NCBI GenBank assembly: GCA_013416795.1
Contig: RQSC01000003.1
Coordinates: 269,624 to 295,816, forward strand
Reading direction: 5' to 3'
Source: Prasinococcaceae sp. CCMP 1430
Lineage: Eukaryota; Plantae; Prasinodermophyta
Length of the DNA: 26,193 nucleotides
The notes below the pieces were generated by a model. That model saw only the letters and a program-made list of their open reading frames with translations. It searched no databases and was not told the DNA's origin. Shown here in pieces: positions 8,017 through 18,350 of the stretch. The position numbers and the translations under genes are program-made. Numbering within the stretch: position 1 is the first letter of the stretch; every line of letters begins with the position of its first letter.

Positions 8017-11000
8017 TCACACGGGGGCCAGGGCGCCCCAACGCGCGCTGCTGGCCGTTGCTTGCCCATTTTGGATGAGCGGTGCGTCCTCGCGCTCCCC
8101 GAACGCCGATACGGACGAGTCTGACCCATGCTCATCATCGAGGAGCTCGTCCGTCAGTACGGCGTCAGCCAGCGCGGATCCGTCGACCCTGTGCATGGCG
8201 TCCGGGCCGCTCCTCACGCTCGCGAGAACCTTCGGAGGCCTATACCAGCGGAGTGCGAGGCTGGAGCACACGACACTCACGCTACTGCACGCCATTGCAG
8301 CCCCGGCGAGCATGGGCGGGAGACGCAAGCGCCAGCAGGGATACAGCACGCCCGCCGCGATAGGAATCATGAAGACGTTGTAACCCATGGCCCAGACGTA
8401 GTTGATGCGGATGCGCTTGAAGGTGGTGCGCGACAGGTCGATGGCAGTGAGCACGTCGCTCAGCGCGTCACGCATGAGCACAAAGCTGGCGGCCTCCATG
8501 GCGATGTCGGCGCCCGCCCCAATGGCCACGCCGATGTCCGCGGCCGCCAAAGCTGGCGCGTCGTTGACGCCATCGCCGACCATCGCCACCACGTGCCCTT
8601 TGGCCTTGAGATCCGCCACGATGCCGGCTTTACCTCCAGGCAGCACCTCAGCGCGAACGTTCGACGGGTCGATACCCGCCGCGTACGCTACCGCCTCCGC
8701 CGTCGCCCGGTTGTCCCCTGTGATCATGTGGACCTCGATGCCAAGCTTCTCCAGCCCGCTGACAACCGCCGACGCATCCGGCTTGATCGGGTCGGCCATG
8801 CCAAATGCGGCCACGAACACGCCATTGCAGGCGGCCACGATGGGCGTGCGTGCAAAACGCGCACACTCCGACACAAACTGCTGGGCGCGCTCCATGTTGA
8901 CCCCCTCGAGCTGCAGGAAAGCCGGGCTGCCCACGAGCATGGTCGTGCCATCCACGTCGCACTTGACGCCACGACCAGGAACAGCCTCGAAGTTCTCCAC
9001 GCCAAGTTTGGCCATGGACCGGCCGGCCACCTCTCTGCGGCAGAAGTTCACGATGGCGCTCGCCAGCGGGTGCTCGGAGCTCCCCTCGGCCGCGCCCACC
9101 AGGGCAAGCACGCGTTCGCGCGTGAGGCTGGGGTCGTGCGCGAGCATGGCGTGCTCTTCGAAGACCTCGACGCTGGGCCGGCCGCGCGTGAGGGTGCCCG
9201 TCTTGTCGAAGGTGATCGCCGTGACGCGGTGAGCCATCTCGAGCGCCTCGCCACCCTTGATAAGGATGCCGTGGGTCGCGCCCACACCTGTGCCCACCAT
9301 CACGGCGGTCGGTGTGGCGAGGCCCAGCGCGCAGGGGCACGCGATCACCACCACGGAAATGGCGAACAACAACGAAAACAGGAAACTGTCTGTGCCCTTG
9401 GGACGCCAGTCGTCCGGGTACAGCCCCTCCACGCCCGCGAGCATCCACACAGAGAAGGTAATTAATGACAGGCTGACCACCACAGGCACGAAGATCGAGC
9501 TCACAACGTCGGCGAAAGCCTGCACAGGCGCTTTGCTCAGCTGTGCTCGCTCCACTAGTCGCACGATCTGCGACAGGACGGCGTCCGCACCGACGCGCGA
9601 CGCGCGCACCCTCAGCGCGCCGTGGCCATTCAACGTGCCGCCCGTCACCTCCGAGCCAACGCCCTTGGCCACGGGCATTGACTCGCCGGTGAGCATGGAC
9701 TCGTCGACGTGTGATTGACCGTGGATGACGACGCCGTCGCAGGGCACCCGCCCCCCGGGTCCCACGCGCAGGACGTCGTTGGCCTGCACCAGTGCGGCGT
9801 CAATCTCCTTCTCAGACAACACACTGCCGTCCTTGTCGAGCTCGAGCAGTGTGGCCAGATCGGGCGTCAGCTGCAACAGCTTGCGAATGGCGTCAGACGT
9901 GCGGCCCTTGGCGAGCGCCTCGAGGTACTTGCCCAGCAGGATGAACGTGATTAGCATCGCACTGGTCTCGAAGAAGTCCGTATCCTGGAAGGATGTGAAG
10001 GCGCCGTAGATCACCGCAAACACCGAGTAGAAGTAGCTCGCGTTGGTACCGAGTGAGACGAGCACATCCATGTTGGCCGCGCGGTTGCGCAGCGCCTTGA
10101 TGGCGCCCGTGTGGAAGCGCATTCCGACCCAAAACTGCACGGGCGTGGCGAAGATGAACATGAGCACGCTGTGCAATCTGAAGGGGCCGACGTGATCGTC
10201 GAGCAGGCGGTGCGCTGCAGGGATATGCGGACAGATGCTCGTGACGACGAACGCTGGCAGCGTGAACAGGCATGAGCGTCGAAAGAGCGTCCACCACATC
10301 TGCACCTCGCCCTTCGTGCGCTCGTCGGCCACGTCGCCTCCCATGCCCCCGGCAGCCGCCGGCCGCGCCTCGAAGCCCGCCTCCGCGACAGCAGCAACGA
10401 TGTCGCGCACACCCGTGAGGGCCGGGTCATACGCTACGTGCGCGGCGCCTGCTAGAAGGTTGACCTGCGCGTCTTCCACGCCGTGTACGCGCAGTAGCGC
10501 GCCCTCCACCGCCGAGCTGCAGCTCGCGCAGCTCATCCCCTTGACCTCCAGGTCGACCATGCGCTCGCCGATCTCGATGGCCGCCTCTGCGCCGAAGCCG
10601 CAATTCAGGATGGCCTCGCGCAGCGCCGCCGGCTCGATCGCGCGCGGATCGTAGCTTACCTCTGCCTGTTCTGTGGTGGCAGAGACGACCGCCCGCGTGA
10701 CGCCGTCCAGCTTCCGCAGCGCGTTCTCCACGGACGCCGAGCATGCCGCGCAAGTCATTCCAGTGACTACAAAGCGCGCTTTCGCCTCCGCCCCGCCAGC
10801 GGCGGCGCCGTTGCAGCCTTCCGCTCGTGCTGGCCCGCCCCCCGCCCCCCGCTGCCCGCCAACGGATCCGTTGGCGCCTGCGACGCTCGCCTCGAAGCCC
10901 GCGTCCTGTATGGCCTGCACGATCGCCCTCTGCACCTCCTCGGTCGCCGGCTCGCCCTCCAGCAGCGTCGCGACTGCGTCACCGCTCACGGCCGACGCGG

Positions 11001-11115
11001 CTGCGCCGCCGACAGCCGGCGACGCGCCGAGAATCGCTCGCTCGCACGCAGCGCTGCACGCCGCACACGTCATCCCCCCCACGCGCAGCCTCACCTCCTC
11101 CACGGAGGCGCCCAT
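8017..11115 (-). CDS. P1B-1 type Cu(I)-transporting ATPase (RAN1/HMA5/ATP7-like), ~1032 aa, intronless, 3 N-terminal metal-binding domains
   Basis: GMTCAAC x2 and GMSCASC, TGES, CPCALGLATP, DKTGT, SEHPL, GDGVNDAPAL, YN and MACSS in the last TM helices. ATG 11115 (MGASVEEV) is preferred over upstream ATGs. Confidence 0.97.
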   Translation of the reverse strand: MGASVEEVRLRVGGMTCAACSAACERAILGASPAVGGAAASAVSGDAVATLLEGEPATEEVQRAIVQAIQDAGFEASVAGANGSVGGQRGAGGGPARAEGCNGAAAGGAEAKARFVVTGMTCAACSASVENALRKLDGVTRAVVSATTEQAEVSYDPRAIEPAALREAILNCGFGAEAAIEIGERMVDLEVKGMSCASCSSAVEGALLRVHGVEDAQVNLLAGAAHVAYDPALTGVRDIVAAVAEAGFEARPAAAGGMGGDVADERTKGEVQMWWTLFRRSCLFTLPAFVVTSICPHIPAAHRLLDDHVGPFRLHSVLMFIFATPVQFWVGMRFHTGAIKALRNRAANMDVLVSLGTNASYFYSVFAVIYGAFTSFQDTDFFETSAMLITFILLGKYLEALAKGRTSDAIRKLLQLTPDLATLLELDKDGSVLSEKEIDAALVQANDVLRVGPGGRVPCDGVVIHGQSHVDESMLTGESMPVAKGVGSEVTGGTLNGHGALRVRASRVGADAVLSQIVRLVERAQLSKAPVQAFADVVSSIFVPVVVSLSLITFSVWMLAGVEGLYPDDWRPKGTDSFLFSLLFAISVVVIACPCALGLATPTAVMVGTGVGATHGILIKGGEALEMAHRVTAITFDKTGTLTRGRPSVEVFEEHAMLAHDPSLTRERVLALVGAAEGSSEHPLASAIVNFCRREVAGRSMAKLGVENFEAVPGRGVKCDVDGTTMLVGSPAFLQLEGVNMERAQQFVSECARFARTPIVAACNGVFVAAFGMADPIKPDASAVVSGLEKLGIEVHMITGDNRATAEAVAYAAGIDPSNVRAEVLPGGKAGIVADLKAKGHVVAMVGDGVNDAPALAAADIGVAIGAGADIAMEAASFVLMRDALSDVLTAIDLSRTTFKRIRINYVWAMGYNVFMIPIAAGVLYPCWRLRLPPMLAGAAMACSSVSVVCSSLALRWYRPPKVLASVRSGPDAMHRVDGSALADAVLTDELLDDEHGSDSSVSAFGEREDAPLIQNGQATASSARWGALAPV

Positions 11116-11591
11116 CCCGGCCAGCCGAGCGGCGCTCGCGCCCTCCCTCCGCGCCCCCCGCTTCAGCGTGCGCACCCGCCGCGCCGCGCCGCGCCAGCAC
11201 GGGGACTGGGGCATAGGTATCATCGTCTGGACGAGCGCGCTGCTGGTCATGTACACCGCGGTGTGGCCCGCCGCCGGCGGCGGCGCCGCCGCGCCGCGCT
11301 GCTGCGAAAAAACGCACCGCTTCCACCACCGGCGGGTGTTGGCGAGGAGGGATGGAAGGGGGGGCAAAGGGGCAGGCGCGCAGGGTATCATCATCACGCT
11401 ACGCTGGGCGCCATGCGCCGTGAACGTGTGGGCCTCACCATCACTTCATGCAGCTGCTCCGTTTTTTTTTTTGGTTCCCTTCTCCACGCCCCGTGTCTCC
11501 GTCAAATCGCACGTGTTTTTTGTTTTTTTTTGTCACGGAGAGGGACGCCTGGCCATATTGCTGTACTGTATAGACGGATGGTGACCTACGG

Positions 11592-11660
11592 ATTTTGATT
11601 TTGATTTTAATTTTGATTTTAATTTATAATTTTGATTTTGATTTTAATCGATTTTGTTTT
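11592..11660. repeat. AT-rich hexamer tandem repeat (ATTTTG/ATTTTA) x~10
   Basis: Units read directly: ATTTTG ATTTTG ATTTTA ATTTTG ATTTTA ATTTATA ATTTTG ATTTTG ATTTTA ATCG ATTTTG. Confidence 0.9.
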
Positions 11661-12754
11661 CCCATTTGATGATATCATACTGTAGGAGGCTAGGAGCGTG
11701 CCAAAAAAAAAAGGGCGGGTGGGGCGGCGGCGGGGGGCTCGCGTCGGCCCGCTCGGCGTGCGGGGCGCGAGCGCGGCGCGGCATCCGCTTTGCGTGCGGT
11801 GGTGCGGGCAAAGCACAAATGGATTCAAAATATCTGGTTTGTCTGTGAAAAAAGTGCGAATCCATTAAATCCACGGAGGGCACGCGCGCGAGCGCGTCGG
11901 CGCCGGCCTCCGGACCGAAGGCGTCCGAACGCCATCAGCGGGAAAAACGCGGGATATGTACGATCGAAATTGCACTACGCGGTTTCGGGCGCGGCAGCGC
12001 AGCCCGCGCGCGCGCGCGCGCGCGAGCGCGAGCGGTCGCAGCGGCGAGGGGCGGAGCGGCTCGGGGATGGAGGGGCGCCGCGCGCGATGGGCGAGGGCGG
12101 TGCGGCGCGCCACGCCCTCGCCGCGGGGCGGCGGCGCGAGGCTCCCCGGCGGTGCGAGTTTTTTTTTAGGGGGGCCGGGGGGCCGCGGCGAGGGTGTCGG
12201 GCATGCGTTTTGATGTGCGCGCCGGCGCTTCCGCCCTGTTCGAAAAAGGCGTGCGGGCCGTGGCGGGCGCGGCGGGCGGGGGCGGACGGTTGCGCCCATG
12301 GCGCCCGCGCAGCGATGGAGGGCCGCGCGGCGTCGTCACGCCCGCACCAGGGAGTTTTATCTCCCGCGCTGGGGCGCGCGCGCGCAGCGCAGCGCCGCGC
12401 ACAGCTCGGGGCGGGCTGCGCTCGAAATGCGCGGCGTCCTGCGGTCAGCCAGCTGGCATGTCACGCTGCGGCGTAGTGCGGCGCGGCGTGGCACGGCAAA
12501 GAGCCTGCGAGCGCCGCCACCCACCCCTCCCATGCGGGCAGGCGATGGCGCGCATCGATGCATACTGCATGGGCACGCAGCAGCCGAGCTCCCGCGCAAC
12601 TTTTCGGGCTGAGCCATGCGCTGCTGCGCGTGAAACCGACGCGACGCGGAGCGACGCGCCGCGGCGCCGCTGAAGTGCCCTCAGCCGCGCGCGTGCTGAC
12701 ACCCCGGCCCTGCCCTACGTGCTGCGCGCAGAGGCTCGCAGGGCGTCGGGCGCC

Positions 12755-13572
<818 letters not shown>

Positions 13573-13805
13573 GGCGCGGCAACTCGAGTCTGCCGCGGGG
13601 CGGCGGTTGGTAACTTGTACTCCTATTAGCGCCTTTTTGTTCGCACACGGTGGGCCAGCTGCCCGCATGGCGCGTGCCGGTGGGCTGCGCGCATCGAGCG
13701 TGGCTTCTGCGCCGTTTAGGACAGCCGAGCGCGGCTGCTGCGGCTCTCTTCGGGCGTGCGAGTATCTGTACTCTATAGAAAATATTAATGGTGTGACCTA
13801 ACTGA

Positions 13806-14198
13806 CTACTGCCCCGCCGCCTTGCGCTGCTCAATCTGCTCCTTGAGCTCGCGCTCGCCGCGTTGCCGCTCCTCCCATGTCTCTCCTTCGTCGACCGCCC
13901 AGATTGCCTCCCGCTTGCTCCCCCTACCCTGCGACACGTTCACTCTCAGCACTCGGCCGAACAGCTCGGCGTTGTCCATGTTGTCCACCGCAGCGGCGGC
14001 ATCGTCTTCCTCGGCGAACTCGACGAAGCCGAAGCCCTTGTGCTTGCCCTCCTTGTAGTCCATAGGAATCTGCACGTCACGCACGTCGCCGAACGGCACG
14101 AACGCCGCGTTGAGCGTCTCCGCCGTCACCTGGTCGGCCAGGCCGCCGACGTACAGCGTGCGGCCGTCGTTGCCCACGTTCGCCGCGCCGCCCTCCAT
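13806..14198 (-). CDS. RRM-only protein homologous to the N-terminal RRM of PPIE/Cyp33 (spliceosome-associated), 130 aa
   Basis: RTLYVGGLADQV (RNP2), KHKGFGFVEF (RNP1), DAAAAVDNMDNAELFGRVLRVN and AIWA motif. No cyclophilin domain before the TAG at 13806-13808. Confidence 0.9.
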   Translation of the reverse strand: MEGGAANVGNDGRTLYVGGLADQVTAETLNAAFVPFGDVRDVQIPMDYKEGKHKGFGFVEFAEEDDAAAAVDNMDNAELFGRVLRVNVSQGRGSKREAIWAVDEGETWEERQRGERELKEQIEQRKAAGQ

Positions 14199-14351
14199 GG
14201 CGCCGCGCGCCGCGCCCCACCCCCACCCACCCCTGCCTGCGGGCCGCCGCAGCGGAGCACTCGCGCGGATTGGCCGCCGCGGCGGCCACCTCTGACTTCG
14301 GCTTTGTCGACACCTCCGGCGGCCCGCAGGCCGCTGCCCTGCCTCGCCATC

Positions 14352-14360
14352 AACCCTAAA
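14352..14360 (+). promoter_or_regulatory. Telo-box-like AACCCTAAA in the RRM/TMEM39 divergent promoter
   Basis: Exact sequence match; telo-boxes are known in plant promoters of RNA-processing and translation genes. Confidence 0.3.
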
Positions 14361-14434
14361 GCCGTCATGAAAGCCGCCCCAAAAATTCCGCTGGAAAACG
14401 GCGCGAAAACGGGGCGAGGAAAAAAACACGACGA

Positions 14435-14465
<31 letters not shown>

Positions 14466-14833
14466 GTGGTGGTGGTGGTGGGGGGCGCCCCGCCAGAGCG
14501 CGCGCGGCGCGCGGCCTTGCTCACCCTCTCCCCCCCCCTCCTTGCCGCTGCAAGGCGGGCTGGGGGAGAGCGTGTCCACGCCGCCGTGAGCCGCTGGGGC
14601 GATCCAGGCGGCGCTGCATTGCGCAGCGAGGCGCGGCGCGGGCCCGGGGTACGCTGGCGCCAGCCGTGTCGGTGAGAGCGCGCCAGGCGTGGCGTGCCGG
14701 GCGGCCCAGTGCCGCCGGGCGTAGGGTTGCGCGCCCTCTCGCTATCGCGCGTGCCCTGCGAGCTACGGGACTGGGTTGGGGGTGCTCCTTTCGCAGCGCG
14801 CGTCGGGGGGTTCGGTGCTTACCACCGTCGGCC

Positions 14834-16255
14834 ATGACTCGCAAGGGCCAGGCTAGCGCTAGCCGCTTGTCGAAGTCGTTCGGGAGTGTCAGCAAGGGCG
14901 CGGGCGGCCGAGACGTGCCCGGCGCACTGCCGCGCAATGGTCGGGACAGCCGCGACCGCAGGCCTCTGGCGGAAACGGCGTCGCTCTCGTACATTGAGAT
15001 ACGCTTCGAGCTGCTGCTCACGATCGTGCAGATCGCGTTCGCGTTCGCTCAGACGTACAACGTGTACCATTTCAGCTGGCTCTACAACACCAACTGGATC
15101 GCCATGGCCTTCCTGTGCCTGCTTCTCTCGCGGCGGCTGTTGCAGGCGCTGCTTCTCGCACCACTGCCCCTGCCCGCGCCGCCCCCGGTGCAGCGACATC
15201 GAAGCGCGAAGGCAACCCAGGCGGCGCATGCCGCGTACACGGCGCAGGTGGCGGCCATGCGACGCTGGAAGATCGTCGCCATCACGCTCGCTATTCTTGG
15301 CGCCACCTGGCTCATGTCGCACGTGCTGCTGGTCGTGTCTGCGGGGCAACTGCTGCACATGCTCGTCCCATGGCTGCTGCAGTCCGTCTTGATGGACTGG
15401 AAGCTGAACAATGACATACCTGAGAAGAAGGAAGCCGAGCATGCCGACGCTGAGGGCGCCGAGGACGACCAGGGAGGGAAGGCCAGCGGGCGTCCTGAGA
15501 GCGAGCTACGGCGGCCGCTGTCAAGAAAGGGCGGCGGCAGCAGCTCGGGAGTGGGCGGCGGGCACAGCGGTGGGGGTCGGGCGAGCGGTGGCGACGGCGG
15601 CAGTGACACAAACAGAGGCAGCGGTGCGGGCCAGGACGTGAACGGCATCAACGACCGGATGCTTGCGAGTTTGAAGAGCTCGCCCACTCGCGGCCTCCTA
15701 CGTGGTTGGCCCAAGGCCGTGTCAGAGGGCATCATTATGGCGTACATCGCCACCATTCTGCCGATGCGGCTCACGCCGCACGACGAATTCTTTTTCTACC
15801 CTTTGGATTGCGCAGCCGTGTCTGCGTCCTGCGCAATCACCTGTGCCTTGCTGCTGCGTACGTGGGCGGTCGCCTCGTCGACCTACCCGTTCGTACCCCT
15901 GTGCTCCGACACGAGCCTGCGAAGGATCTCGGAAAACATCCTGCAGGCGTTGCAGCGCGCAAACTCTGACTTCGAGTTGCCCGCGAGCAACCAGAATCGA
16001 TACAACTTGATGGCCACGATCGTGGTCGGTGAGGCGAGCGTCTTGCTGGCGAATGGGCTTTTAGCCTTCTGGCGGAGGCATTGGCCACCCTACCTAGTCG
16101 GCTGTGTCTGCGCGGAGCTCGTGCTTCTGGTGGTTGCACAGCCGCTGTTCGCGTACCGAGGGCGCTACAAGACCGACATGAAGCATGCGAAGATATCTGC
16201 GAAAGTGGACGCCATGATCGTCACGACCACGCAGGCAAGCCCCCGGGACGAGTAA
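14834..16255 (+). CDS. TMEM39 (Tmp39)-like multi-pass ER membrane protein, 473 aa
   Basis: RFELLLTIVQIAFAFAQTYNVYHFSW...AFLCLLLSRRLL resembles TMEM39A [26 protein letters not shown]...AFITVMLARRLV. IMAYIATILPMRL resembles SAYYVAFLPLCF. Multiple hydrophobic segments; gccATG start. Confidence 0.75.
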   Translation: MTRKGQASASRLSKSFGSVSKGAGGRDVPGALPRNGRDSRDRRPLAETASLSYIEIRFELLLTIVQIAFAFAQTYNVYHFSWLYNTNWIAMAFLCLLLSRRLLQALLLAPLPLPAPPPVQRHRSAKATQAAHAAYTAQVAAMRRWKIVAITLAILGATWLMSHVLLVVSAGQLLHMLVPWLLQSVLMDWKLNNDIPEKKEAEHADAEGAEDDQGGKASGRPESELRRPLSRKGGGSSSGVGGGHSGGGRASGGDGGSDTNRGSGAGQDVNGINDRMLASLKSSPTRGLLRGWPKAVSEGIIMAYIATILPMRLTPHDEFFFYPLDCAAVSASCAITCALLLRTWAVASSTYPFVPLCSDTSLRRISENILQALQRANSDFELPASNQNRYNLMATIVVGEASVLLANGLLAFWRRHWPPYLVGCVCAELVLLVVAQPLFAYRGRYKTDMKHAKISAKVDAMIVTTTQASPRDE

Positions 16256-16552
16256 TCTCAGCGCGGACCGCTTTCGCCACGCAAGGCCGCTCAGTGCTCT
16301 GGCACACCCCCGTTGTCGCGCGGCTCGGCTAATAAGACACACGCTACCCGCACTGGGTTCCCGCGCGGGCCTCGCGGCGATCAACCTGCCTCCATCCTCC
16401 CCACCCCACTTGGGCGCTCGGAGAAAGATCGATTTCATTATGAAGGGCGCGCTGCACCTCGTCGCGCGCAAGCGCCAAAGGCGCTCACGCCCACGGTCGC
16501 GGCGACGGCCCCTTCCAGTGTCGCGCTTGCGACGATGCTGATTAGAGCGCTA

Positions 16553-17458
16553 CTACTGCTGCTGCTGGCCCTCCATGACGAGCTCCGCGTTCTGCAGCAG
16601 CTGCGCGAGCCAGCGGCGCGTGGTTGCATCGTCCTTGAGGCAAGCCGTGAAGGAAGGGTCGCGCAGCAGCTCCGGCAGGCACTGCCGCAACGCCTCACGC
16701 GCGCGAAGGTTATCGCTCAGGCGCAGGTAGCACCGGATGATGTGCTTGAGCAGGCGCACGCTCGGCTGTTCGGCCAGGCTCTGGACCATCGACCCGAGCA
16801 CGGCTCCCACAGCAAAGAAGCGCTCCGCCGTCGCACAGATGTAGTTGAGGCCCACCTCATCCAGCAGGATCTTCTGGACGATAAAGGTTGCGACGGTCTT
16901 GCTCAGCTCGCTGCCGAGTTCCATGGTGCGCAGGCAGAGCGGAATGATTTCGGTGCTCAGCAGGAAGTTGATCACGTCGGTGTCGTCGACCTTGACGAGC
17001 GCGCCGATCACTCCGAGGCTCGTCAGCCGCAGGTACTCAAAGGGACGCGTCTTGGACACGGTGTTCAGGAAGGGATAGAGGAAGAGCGGCACGTGCGCGT
17101 TGAGGAACAGCGAGCGCGTGTCCTGGTGCGACGCGACACACTGCAGGAGCGCGAGCGCGTTGCACACGCGGTTCGAAGCGTGCGCGGTGAGCGTCGGCGG
17201 GCTGAGCAGCGGGTAGATCGACACAATCTCTTGCAGCAGCGCCGCGATGGTTGCGCGGGAGTGCCACAGGATGGGCGCGAGGTCAGGAAATGCCTCTCGC
17301 TTCTTCGACAGGTCCAGCAGCGCCGTCTCGCGTGTCTCGGGGTTCACGAGGTCCAGGACCAGCTGTGCGGGCTGCGCGTCCGCCCCGCCCCCCGCCGCTC
17401 CGCCGCCGCCGCCCCCGCTGTTGCTGCCCCCCTGCGGCATCGAGCTGGGCACCGCCAT
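16553..17458 (-). CDS. CNOT9: CCR4-NOT subunit 9 (Rcd1/CAF40/RQCD1), ~301 aa; the N-terminus may instead use an upstream exon
   Basis: [107 protein letters not shown]. Confidence 0.97.
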   Translation of the reverse strand: MAVPSSMPQGGSNSGGGGGGAAGGGADAQPAQLVLDLVNPETRETALLDLSKKREAFPDLAPILWHSRATIAALLQEIVSIYPLLSPPTLTAHASNRVCNALALLQCVASHQDTRSLFLNAHVPLFLYPFLNTVSKTRPFEYLRLTSLGVIGALVKVDDTDVINFLLSTEIIPLCLRTMELGSELSKTVATFIVQKILLDEVGLNYICATAERFFAVGAVLGSMVQSLAEQPSVRLLKHIIRCYLRLSDNLRAREALRQCLPELLRDPSFTACLKDDATTRRWLAQLLQNAELVMEGQQQQ

Positions 17459-17590
17459 GGGGCCTCTACCTGCGCCTTTGAGCGCTCTTCGCGCTCGCGT
17501 TTCTTCTGCAGGCGCAGAGCCTCCTCGTCGTTCATGGGGGCGGCCGCCTGGCCGCTCCCTCCTCCCTGGCTGCGATACCAGGCCTGCCAT

Positions 17591-17616
17591 GTGCGTGTGC
17601 GTGTGCGTGTGCGTGT
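17591..17616. repeat. (GTGCGT)n microsatellite upstream of CNOT9
   Basis: About 4 direct copies read from the sequence. Confidence 0.7.
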
Positions 17617-17910
17617 ACGTGCCGCCACCCGCCCGCCGCCCGCCCGACGCGCGAATTAGGGCGTCGGCCCGAGGCGCGCGCGCTGTGGCCCTCGCGCGCT
17701 TTTTTTCTTTTTCGCCAAGGGGGGGGAAAAAAAACTTGTGCCCCAACGACGGGGAACGACGACCTCCAGACCCGCAGGTTCACGCGCCGAGTGGTGAATA
17801 GACCGGGTCATCATGCGCGTGTGTAGTACTACCGGGTGTGTGCGCGGGGTGGTTGCGGTTTCGTCTGGGTGGAGGGCCGAATGACCCCGGTTCGGGCGCG
17901 GCCCCCTTCG

Positions 17911-17962
17911 TGGTTGGTTGGTGCTTGTTTGGTTTTGGTCTTGGTTTTGGTTGTTTGTGGTG
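17911..17962. repeat. Degenerate TTGG/TTTTGG array in the CNOT9/UBP12 divergent promoter
   Basis: tggttggttggtgcttgtttggttttggtcttggttttggttgtttgtggtg is G/T-only except for two C. Confidence 0.7.
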
Positions 17963-18350
17963 GGTCGATCGCGGGGGCGCGCGCGCGCGCGCGGGCGCGG
18001 GCGCGCGCCGGACCAGGACCCGCTTGCTATACGAACGTGTGACGGTACCGGCGGCGGCGGCGGCGGCCGCCGCCGCCCTCCCGCTCCCGCTCCACGCCAC
18101 ACGCTCTCTCGCGCGCCTGCGCGCCTCGCCGGAGCGGGTTGGGGGCGAAGAAGTGTGCGATTAATGCCACGACCGCACACCGACCGGCCGGCCTGCCTGC
18201 CGCCCCACCGCTACCGCCGCCGCCGCTGCGGGCGGCGACGGCTGCCGCAGAGGATCTGCCGCACGCGTGCACATGCGTCAGATGCGCTGACATCTGACCC
18301 GACTCACCCCTACCGCTCGTGCCCGCGCGCCTCTCGTGCAGGACGTCGAG

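Noticed and set aside
11116-11397. N-terminal extension of the Cu-ATPase ORF (MMMIPCAP.../MTSSALVQTM...)
   Set aside because: Low-complexity, UTR-like sequence before the first HMA domain. No convincing transit peptide can be established, so ATG 11115 is preferred, though not proven.
11818-11866. Inverted repeat AATGGATTC...GAATCCATT
   Set aside because: Only a 9-bp stem with a ~31-nt loop. There are no tRNA/snRNA/MITE hallmarks and no target-site duplication.
11251-11961. Three GTAC (CuRE-like) cores upstream of the Cu-ATPase (11251, 11563, 11958)
   Set aside because: About 2-3 are expected by chance in this length, so there is no enrichment, despite the attractive gene context.
11619-12700. 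Short ORFs in the ATPase/Rab2 intergenic region
   Set aside because: They are Arg/Ala/Pro-rich translations of GC repeats with no coding-like codon pattern or motifs.
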